64,000 bases of DNA from NCBI GenBank assembly GCA_964423595.1, contig CAYRFI010000002.1:8567-72566 (forward strand), written 5' to 3'. Below are positions 18,118 to 25,702 of this stretch, piece by piece. The stretch is from an uncultured Thermoanaerobaculia bacterium (GTDB taxonomy: Bacteria; Acidobacteriota; Thermoanaerobaculia; Thermoanaerobaculales; Sulfomarinibacteraceae). Position 1 is the first letter of the stretch, and every line of letters starts with the position of its first letter. Position numbers and translations under genes: made by a program. The notes below the pieces were generated by a model, which did not search any database, was not told where the DNA came from, and saw only the letters and a program-made list of their open reading frames with translations.

Positions 18118-18144
18118 AACGGGGTCTGTGGTTCTGACCCCGTT
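18118..18144 (+). terminator. Stem-loop between convergent genes
   Basis: AACGGGGTC-N9-GACCCCGTT followed by TCC. Short T run only. Confidence 0.45.
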
Positions 18145-18161
18145 TCCTGGCGACTGGACGA

Positions 18162-18557
18162 CTACTCGCTCAGGAGTTCTCCGATCTGTTGTAGCAGGTC
18201 GTCGAACTCGAAAGGCTTGTAGACCACCCTGTCGGGCTGTGCAAAGTCGCTGAACAACTGCTCCCGATCTGGCTCGTCGGAGAGGTCTCGAGCTGTAAAG
18301 AGGATGATCCTGTTGCGGCGCTCATAAACTCCCGCCGCCTCGTCCTCGCGAATCGCTCGCGCCACTCGGTACCCATTCTCACCGGGAAGCATGACATCGA
18401 GGAGAACTAGGTCGGGTCGGGAAATCCGCACCGCGCCAAGGCCCTCGAGCCCGTTCGCAGCGGTCAGCACCTCGTACCCCGCCCTCTCCAAGGCCACCCG
18501 GGTCGTGGTGAGGATGTCCGGGTCGTCGTCAACCACCAAGATCGTCGCCTTCGTCAT
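18162..18557 (-). CDS. Single-domain (CheY-like) response regulator
   Basis: ILVVDDDPDIL...LVLLDVMLPGENG...KPF. ATGA overlap with the upstream kinase. Start at ATG 18557. Confidence 0.85.
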   Translation of the reverse strand: MTKATILVVDDDPDILTTTRVALERAGYEVLTAANGLEGLGAVRISRPDLVLLDVMLPGENGYRVARAIREDEAAGVYERRNRIILFTARDLSDEPDREQLFSDFAQPDRVVYKPFEFDDLLQQIGELLSE

Positions 18558-20668
18558 GCGTCCTCCTCTTTTCTCTCCCCCTTCAATATCGCACACTCGA
18601 TCAGACCCGCACCAAACTCCCCGTCGTCGGGATAAGCCGCCGGACCAAGCACCCTGAGCGACGCCATGCCTCTGCCGCCGACCTCGAAGAGGTTCGTGGC
18701 CAACGTCGAGGCCAGCCGTCGTTTCACGACCCAGCCACCTTCGATCGGCGTACTCAGCAGCACTACAATGACACGGCCGTGCCACGGCTGATCGCAAAAA
18801 ATGTCCAATGCGCGCGGAATATGGTGACGGAGCACGTTGTGGAGCGTTTCAAAATCGCCGGCGCTCAGCTTGGCGCCCGCGGGCGGCGACCCCTGTTCCA
18901 TATCGATCACCAGGATGGTGAAGTAGGGATGCGCTCGGAATTTCGTGCGCACCTCGTTTTCAAAGGCGACGATTTCGGCCGCGTGCTCGGACGCGACCGG
19001 AAGGTGAAACGAGAATGTGCTGCCCGCGCCGAGCTCCGATTCAAGGAGCAATTCGCTGCCGTGCCCGTGCACCAGATCCCGACAGATCGTCAGGCCGAGT
19101 CCGGTGCCGGCCGGCCGGTCAGCGAGCACGTTGCCGGCCTGAAAAAAGGCATCGAAAACCTTTTTCTGGTCCGCATCGGACAACCCGATGCCAGTGTCGC
19201 TTACAGCTACCCTCACACGGCCGCCGTCGAGGTCGGCGGAAACGACGATCTTTCCACCCCCGGGGGTGGCTTTAAAGGCGTTGCTCACGAGGTTGGATAC
19301 CACCTGTTCGATCCGTTTGGCGTCGACCAACATCTCGGGGAGACCGTTCGGAACGGCAAGCTCGAGCCCTATCGAGGAGGCGGCGGCCTGTGATACGAAC
19401 GGCTCGACGATCTCGGACAGAAATGGGCCGGGTTTGACTGGTGCGGCCGCGATCGTGAGCTTTCCCGATTCGACCTTCGACATGTCCAGGAGGTCGGAAA
19501 TGATGTAGTTGAGCCGGTCCGCGCCGCGCTTGATCATCTGCAGGAACTGCTGGTTCGTGTCTGCGCCTGCCGCCGGATCGACCAGGCTGACGGCATTCTT
19601 GATCGCGGTCAGCGGGCTTTTCAGCTCGTGTGAAACAGTCGACACGAAGTTGGACTTCACCTGGCTTAAGCGGTGCAGCTCGATATTGGTTTCGGTCAAC
19701 TGACGTTCGGCTATCACCCGCTCGGAAATGTCGGTGGCGATCACTGTCGTGCTTGTGATCAGCCCTTCTGCATTCCGCACCGGCGACGTAGAGAATGCGA
19801 GCCACACTCCCCCACCCTCGCCCTGCTTGAGCGGTATCTCCCCCCGCCACTCGCTGCGGTTGCGAATCGCTGCAGCCAGCGGCGCGACGGCTTCATCCGG
19901 CGCCCCGATCTCTGTCAGGACGTCGATTTCTCGTCCGATGATCCGCCCCGCCGATATTTCGGTGATCTCCTCGAACGGCGGGTTCACGAACTCGATTTTG
20001 TCGTCGCCGTCTATGATCATCACGAGATTCGAGCTTTGCTCGACCGCCCTCGAGAACTTCCTCAGCTGGTGCTCCATCCGGCGCCGTTCGACCACCTCCG
20101 CCTCGAGCTTCTCGTTGGCCTCGGCCAACACCAGCTGGTGACGCTCCAGCTTTTTAATGACCTCGCGTTCCTTGTCAACCCGATGCCGCTCGCCGCGAAG
20201 ACGATCCACCAGGTACCCGTAGAACACCGCGACCGTGAAAAGGAACGGAATTCGAATCAGGGCCTCGCTGGTCAATACCTGTTCGGGTCCGTACGTGCGG
20301 GCGACGAGAGCCAGGTAGGCGACACACACGACCAATACGCTCAGCGCGATGAGGCGGACATTCTCGGCAATGCCGGCGAGGAAGAGCACGAAAAAGTAGA
20401 GATAGAAGAAATCAGCGTTGAATCGGCCGGTCGCGACCAAAGCCGCGGTGATCCACGCCGTGTCGCCGATCACGGCAGCTGCGACAACCAACGAGGAGCG
20501 TAGCCGCTGCGACGGCAGCAACAGCAGACCGATGTTGGACAGCAGCGCCACGGCCATCAGCGCCATCAGCAGTGGCGGAAAACCGCTCGGACGCACCTCG
20601 ACCACGAGCAGGCTGCTGGTTGCGATGATCAACATGAACCGCAAGAGGATGAATCCCCGGTCCATCAT
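18554..20668 (-). CDS. Multi-TM sensor histidine kinase (TM bundle - PAS - HisKA - HATPase - extra C-terminal domain)
   Basis: About 6 N-terminal TM helices, PAS, H-box FVSTVSHELKSPLTAI, N-box VSNLVSNAFKAT, G-boxes SDTGIGL and GTGLGLTICR. A C-terminal segment of about 160 aa resembles a degenerate GGDEF domain. Confidence 0.85.
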   Translation of the reverse strand: MMDRGFILLRFMLIIATSSLLVVEVRPSGFPPLLMALMAVALLSNIGLLLLPSQRLRSSLVVAAAVIGDTAWITAALVATGRFNADFFYLYFFVLFLAGIAENVRLIALSVLVVCVAYLALVARTYGPEQVLTSEALIRIPFLFTVAVFYGYLVDRLRGERHRVDKEREVIKKLERHQLVLAEANEKLEAEVVERRRMEHQLRKFSRAVEQSSNLVMIIDGDDKIEFVNPPFEEITEISAGRIIGREIDVLTEIGAPDEAVAPLAAAIRNRSEWRGEIPLKQGEGGGVWLAFSTSPVRNAEGLITSTTVIATDISERVIAERQLTETNIELHRLSQVKSNFVSTVSHELKSPLTAIKNAVSLVDPAAGADTNQQFLQMIKRGADRLNYIISDLLDMSKVESGKLTIAAAPVKPGPFLSEIVEPFVSQAAASSIGLELAVPNGLPEMLVDAKRIEQVVSNLVSNAFKATPGGGKIVVSADLDGGRVRVAVSDTGIGLSDADQKKVFDAFFQAGNVLADRPAGTGLGLTICRDLVHGHGSELLLESELGAGSTFSFHLPVASEHAAEIVAFENEVRTKFRAHPYFTILVIDMEQGSPPAGAKLSAGDFETLHNVLRHHIPRALDIFCDQPWHGRVIVVLLSTPIEGGWVVKRRLASTLATNLFEVGGRGMASLRVLGPAAYPDDGEFGAGLIECAILKGERKEEDA

Positions 20669-20805
20669 CTGCGACAGCCCTCTTCCGTTTCAGGATGTCT
20701 TGCGAGCGTCACCCTCAACTGCAACCCCCGATTTATCCGCCTCCCGGAATGACAACCGTCTCACAATAGTAGCGCGCCCGGAGCCGCGCGCGATCCAGAC
20801 GGAGA

Positions 20806-21219
20806 ATGGCTGTCATGGTTGATCCGGAACGGGGTATCATGGATCGTATGTCAGAGGGAAAGCAGAAGGAGAGCGGATTGATTACCACCGAGAAACATGA
20901 CGAGGTGACGGTGGTGGCGGTTGGCGCAGATCTCGATGCCCATCGGTCACAAAAGGCCAAGGACCTGCTGGGTGAGATCATCAAAGGCGGAACCGTCAGA
21001 CTTGTCGTAGATCTGTCATCGGTGGCGTTCGTCGACTCCGCAGGCCTCGGCGCGCTGGTGTCAGCACTCAAAAGCGTTCGGCCGTCAGGCGGAGACGTGA
21101 GGATATGCGGCGCGCGGCCCGAGGTCACCACTGTTTTCGAGCTCACCCGGATGACGAAGATCTTTCGGATTTTCCCCGACCGTGAGTCGGCCCTCGCGAG
21201 CTTTCGGACCGACCGGTGA
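20806..21219 (+). CDS. STAS-domain anti-sigma-factor antagonist (SpoIIAA/RsbV-like)
   Basis: VVDLSSVAFVDSAGLGALVSA with the phosphorylatable Ser context DSAGLG. Start ambiguous (20806, 20839 or 20848). Confidence 0.8.
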   Translation: MAVMVDPERGIMDRMSEGKQKESGLITTEKHDEVTVVAVGADLDAHRSQKAKDLLGEIIKGGTVRLVVDLSSVAFVDSAGLGALVSALKSVRPSGGDVRICGARPEVTTVFELTRMTKIFRIFPDRESALASFRTDR

Positions 21220-21222
21220 TGG

Positions 21223-22797
21223 GTGCCGGATGGTGAACGTCTCCCGTCATCCCCACGTGTCAGGGACCCGCCGATGACCTCAACCGGGGGGCCTCCTCCC
21301 TGGTTTGACCGCGGCGGGATGCAGGCTTGGACCGAGGGCATGGCCAAAGCCTTGCGCAGGCGGGTCGCGATCATCGGTCCCGATGACGCCCCGTTGATAT
21401 CGGCGGGTACCGGCCAAGGCGAGCCAGTGAGGATTCCGTTCCAGGTCAACGGCGTGAACGTCGCGTCGGTCGAGATCACACCCGGCGAGCTCGCTTCGGG
21501 GTTGGAAATCCTGACCCACCAAGCGGTCGGGACCCTCCAGTCTTTTGCCGACGCCCGAAACAGCATGACCGACCTCGTGAAGACCACGGCTCATCAATGG
21601 CGAGAGCTGTCCCTCCTGTACAGGTTCTCCGATCTGATTGCTGGCCTTCAGGATCCGGACGCCCTGGCAAACCTCCTCATGGGTCGGGCCAATCGTGCAC
21701 TTCACTGCCAATGCGGGGCGATTGTCTACAGGAGCGGTGAAGGGGAATCGGGGTTTGCATGGACCGGCGACGGCGCCGCACAGTTGCGCGGATTGACCGA
21801 GTGGGGGGCGCGGCTCGAATCGGGCATGATTCTCACCGGCATCGAAGGCGCCGTGGAGTCCGGTTTCGAGGGTTCGTTTCCCGGGCGACCCGTTCTGGTG
21901 GTGCCGCTGCGGTGTCGCGACCGTAACTTCGGTGCGCTCGCTGCCGCCTCGGAGAACCGCGACATGTTCACGGCCGAAGACCTCAAGCTGGCCTCGCTGC
22001 TCGCCCGCCAGGCCGGGCTGGCATTCGCCAATCTCGAGCTGATCGACCAGGCCCGCGAGCACGAGCGGCTGCGTCGTGAGCTCGAGGTGGCGGCCGAAAT
22101 CCAGGCCTCGATCATGCCGCCGCAGGTCACCGAAACCGAGAGGTTCGAGGTGGCGGGAACCTGCCTGCCGGCGCAATGGGTGGGCGGCGACACCTTTTTT
22201 GTGCTGCCCCAGGACGACGGCCTGCTGGCCGGGGTGGCGGACGTGTCCGGCCATGGCCTGTCCTCCGCGTTGCTCATGAATGCCTTCGCCTCGGAGATCG
22301 AAGCGTTGTCGTTCACTCACACCTATCCCGCCGAGCTGCTGCGCATCACGAACCGGCTGGTGTGCGCTCGGGTTGGAGCCATGGGCCTCTTCGTCACCGT
22401 CGTCCTTCTCAGGTACTGGTCCGACGGCAGCGTCTCGATCGCCAACGCCGGTCATCCTCCTCCGATGGTCATCACGCCAACCGGTTCGATCGAAATGGTC
22501 ACGGCCAGCAGTCTTCCGCTCGGAATTCTCGAGGACGAATCCTTTGAGGACGTCCGGCTGGAGGCATCTCAACAGGAGGTCATCGCGACCTACAGCGACG
22601 GCATCACCGAAGCCGTGGCGCCCGACGGTACGATGTTTGGGATGGGACGGCTGCGCCAGTCACTGGGTGCGGCGGCGCCTGATGTCCGGGGGGCGGTGGA
22701 GGTGCGGGACCTCATCCTGGAAGACTTGAGCGAGTTCGAGGCCGGTCAGACACGATCTGACGATCTCACCCTACTCGTCGTGCGGAGGAAGCAATGA
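21223..22797 (+). CDS. GAF-domain PP2C/SpoIIE-family serine phosphatase (RsbU-like)
   Basis: EIQASIMPP, GGDTFFVL, ADVSGHGLSSALLM, NAGHPPP, YSDGITEA, SDDLTLLVVRR. Confidence 0.85.
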   Translation: MPDGERLPSSPRVRDPPMTSTGGPPPWFDRGGMQAWTEGMAKALRRRVAIIGPDDAPLISAGTGQGEPVRIPFQVNGVNVASVEITPGELASGLEILTHQAVGTLQSFADARNSMTDLVKTTAHQWRELSLLYRFSDLIAGLQDPDALANLLMGRANRALHCQCGAIVYRSGEGESGFAWTGDGAAQLRGLTEWGARLESGMILTGIEGAVESGFEGSFPGRPVLVVPLRCRDRNFGALAAASENRDMFTAEDLKLASLLARQAGLAFANLELIDQAREHERLRRELEVAAEIQASIMPPQVTETERFEVAGTCLPAQWVGGDTFFVLPQDDGLLAGVADVSGHGLSSALLMNAFASEIEALSFTHTYPAELLRITNRLVCARVGAMGLFVTVVLLRYWSDGSVSIANAGHPPPMVITPTGSIEMVTASSLPLGILEDESFEDVRLEASQQEVIATYSDGITEAVAPDGTMFGMGRLRQSLGAAAPDVRGAVEVRDLILEDLSEFEAGQTRSDDLTLLVVRRKQ

Positions 22798-23168
22798 CGG
22801 ATTCAAAAACGGTGGTGGTGATTGATGACTCGCCGAGCATCCGCGAAACCATCGCCTTCATTCTCCAGAGCGAGGGCTTCGAGGTCTACACTGCAGTCAA
22901 CGGTCGCGAGGGACTCGAGCTCGTACGCTCTGTTCGCCCGCGGGCAGTGCTTCTCGACGCGATGATGCCCGAGATGGATGGATTCGATGTGTGCCGGCAG
23001 ATCCGCGGGGATGGCGAACTCGCCTCGACACAGGTCATCATGTTGACGACAATGGGCATGGAGGTCGACCGCGAGCGTGCACTCAACGCCGGAGTCAATC
23101 ACTTCCTCACCAAGCCTTTCGACGACGAACAGGTGCTGGAGCTGCTCGACGAAGCGTTCGCCGACTAG
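22794..23168 (+). CDS. Single-domain response regulator
   Basis: VVVIDDSPSIRE...VLLDAMMPEMDG...TKPF. ATGA overlap with the phosphatase gene. Confidence 0.85.
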   Translation: MTDSKTVVVIDDSPSIRETIAFILQSEGFEVYTAVNGREGLELVRSVRPRAVLLDAMMPEMDGFDVCRQIRGDGELASTQVIMLTTMGMEVDRERALNAGVNHFLTKPFDDEQVLELLDEAFAD

Positions 23169-24575
23169 CCCGCATATCTCACGGGTAGGCAAAAAAGTGG
23201 CTCCAAACTTGGTGTAAAATACTGTTGTCTCGACAGTTACAACCAAGAAAGGAACCCGAGTCTTGCATACACAGTGTATTCCCGAGCAGCTTGAGTTTGA
23301 AGGCCTTGGTACGCGCAAGGTGGTGACTGATTTCAGTGGAGGACGGACCACTTCCGACGCCGGTGGTCTTCTGCTTCGAGAGGTCGAGAAGGGTACGGGA
23401 ATCCTCCTCGGGTTTGCAGATTGCTTTGTCGACACCTTTCTGGATGCGTACCCCAAGCCGTGAAAGAGGGTCATCCTCGACATCGACGCGACTGACGATC
23501 CGCTTCACGGCGAGCAGGAGGACCGGTTCTTTCATGGGAACTACGGCTGCTAGTGCTATCTGCCGTTGTATGTCTTCTGCGACGATCACCTGCTGTGTGC
23601 TCGTTTGAGGCCGTCGAATATCGATGCATCCTTGGGATCTCTCGAGGAGCTGGAACGAATCGTCAGACAGATTCGAGATCGCTGGCCGGACGTACAGATC
23701 ATCGTGCGCGGGGACTCGGGTTTCGCACGTGACGACCTGATGACCTGGTGCGAGGACAACGGCGTTGATGACATCTTCGGGCTCGCGAGAAACAACAGGC
23801 TGGTGAGAAAGATCGTCAAGCAGCTGAAGAAGGCAAAGAAAAGGTTTTGGAAAACCGGTCGGGCAGCACGGTGCTACCGGGACTTTAGGTATCGCACGCT
23901 CAAGAGCTGGAATCGGGCCCGGCGGGTCGTCGGTAAGGCGGAGCAGCTTTCCAAGGGGGAGAATCCCCGATTCGTGGTGACCTCGCTGTCCAAAGAAGAG
24001 TTCTCAGCCCAGGAGCTGTACGAAGATCTGTACTGTGCTCGGGGTGACATGGAGAACCGGATCAAAGAGCAGCAGCTTGGTCTGTTCGCTGACCGCACCA
24101 GCTCCACGGCATTCTCCGCCAATCAGCTGAGGCTCTGGTTTTCGTCTGTCGCCTATGTCTTGCTCAGCGAGCTGCGGCGGGTAGGCCTCAAAGGCACCGA
24201 GCTCGCGCGGGCGCAGTGCAGCTCCATCCGCACCAGGCTCCTGAAGGTCGGCGCCCACGTGTCGCTCAGTGTCAGGAGGATTTGGGTGAGGTGTGCGAGC
24301 GGATACCCCTACCAGAGGATCTTCGCGACGATCCTCGCCAATCTCCGGGCTCACTACCAACCGCTGCGAGTCTGATCGCCCATCTCTTTCTCTGAAACCG
24401 CGAATCCTCAGCTGGCCGCATGTGAAAGGTATGCCTTGTCTGACCGAAACACCGCAGTCAGGACACCGCAATCGCGTCGACGCCGATATTCGACCTCGCG
24501 CACTTCCTGAAACCGAAAAACCGAGCCCCCAAACCCGTCATTCAGCCTCTCCGGGCTTCGGTGTGAGATATGCGG
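23169..24575 (+). mobile_element. IS1380-family-like insertion sequence, decayed copy
   Basis: Terminal inverted repeats CCCGCATATCTCAC (23169-23182) and GTGAGATATGCGG (24563-24575) bracket a transposase reading frame. Sits immediately after the regulator stop TAG. Confidence 0.7.
23263..24375 (+). pseudogene. IS1380-type DDE transposase with two in-frame stops (TGA 23461-23463, TAG 23551-23553)
   Basis: One continuous frame reads ...SDAGGLLLREVEK...YPKP*KRVILDIDATDDPLHGEQEDRFFHGNYGC*CYLPLYVFCDD...RGDSGF...YCARGDMENRIKEQQLGLFADRTS. The N-terminal third looks shortened relative to the family. Confidence 0.75.
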
Positions 24576-24602
24576 TATAGCCCGTACGGATCATAAAGCT
24601 CG

Positions 24603-25106
24603 TCAGTTCCATCTCACCGGGTGATAGGTGTCCGTCAGATCGTCGTAATACAGCTGCGGTTGTCCCGATCCGATCTTGATCCACAGATCGGGATAGGGGT
24701 CGCCGTCGAGGTCGTTATGGGAGCTTTGTTGCGCGATGGCATAGATGATCGGCTCGGGATAAAAGGGTTCAAAACGATATATGTAGTACACGTAATGGCG
24801 CGAGCGAGGCCCGAGTTCGATGCCCTGGCCCTCGAGCAGCATGGTCTCGTACGGCTGGTAAACCTTCAGAGCATAGGTCGAGTTTCCAATACTGAAACCC
24901 TCGGGGTAGTAGGTGCGGTGATCCCGCTCGTACATGATTTCGTCTTCGCTGATCAGCTTCAGATAGTTCAGCATGCGGCTTCGCTTCAGGTTGAGAGTGG
25001 CGTACCGCGTCGCAATCACCGCCAGGACGCTGATAATCCCGAGGATGGCCACCACAACCAAAAGCTCGATGACCGTAAAACCGGAAGTATTCAATCGCAA
25101 TCTCAT
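24603..25106 (-). CDS. Prepilin-type N-terminal cleavage/methylation domain protein (pilin or pseudopilin)
   Basis: NTSG|FTVIELLVVVAILGIIS with Glu at +5. Visibly lower GC than the surroundings. Confidence 0.8.
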   Translation of the reverse strand: MRLRLNTSGFTVIELLVVVAILGIISVLAVIATRYATLNLKRSRMLNYLKLISEDEIMYERDHRTYYPEGFSIGNSTYALKVYQPYETMLLEGQGIELGPRSRHYVYYIYRFEPFYPEPIIYAIAQQSSHNDLDGDPYPDLWIKIGSGQPQLYYDDLTDTYHPVRWN

Positions 25107-25702
25107 GGCTTCACCCCTTCGACAATGGGTACCCGGACCTCGGCGCTGAACGTCACCAGATGCGGCCCTCTACCCTTGAACACGATCCTGTAGCCGCCCT
25201 GATCGTCCAACTCGTAAAACGTCGAAGGGTCCGTCAGCAGGACGCGCAGCTCAACCGGCAGTGACTCTTCAACGGCCGCGAGGTCGGCGGGATACTCGCC
25301 CCGCTCACGGTGATATGCCTCGACACTCTCGCTGACCAGGATGACGTCGGCGGCGGAGACGGCCGTCGCGCGTCGGCGTGGATCGACGTTGGGCGACTGC
25401 CTCACCTCGCTGGCCCTCGGTATCATGAGTAGGATAAAGGCGATTTCTCCGGCGATGATCAACATCGTAACCATGAGAAAAGCCCGCGACTCCGGGAACA
25501 ACCTGCGCTGCTTTTGCGCGGTCGGCCGCTGGGCGTCGACCACCTGTTGTTTGGCGGCCTCCCTCCCGGCTGTTTTGATCGAGCACTCAAAGCACACAGG
25601 CTCGCCTTCACCGGGCGCAAGACACTCCTCGCAGACCTCGGCACCGCAACTCGAGCAGACCGCCCGCGCATCAATCTCCGGATGATTCTTGCACGTCGCC
25701 AT
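25103..25702 (-). CDS. Membrane protein with N-terminal B-box-like zinc finger and GspG-like periplasmic domain
   Basis: CKNHPEIDARAVCSSCGAEVCEECL...CFEC Cys/His cluster, one TM helix, then VEAYHRERGEYPADL...TDPSTFYELDDQGGYRIVFKGRG, which resembles pseudopilin globular domains. Confidence 0.55.
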   Translation of the reverse strand: MATCKNHPEIDARAVCSSCGAEVCEECLAPGEGEPVCFECSIKTAGREAAKQQVVDAQRPTAQKQRRLFPESRAFLMVTMLIIAGEIAFILLMIPRASEVRQSPNVDPRRRATAVSAADVILVSESVEAYHRERGEYPADLAAVEESLPVELRVLLTDPSTFYELDDQGGYRIVFKGRGPHLVTFSAEVRVPIVEGVKP

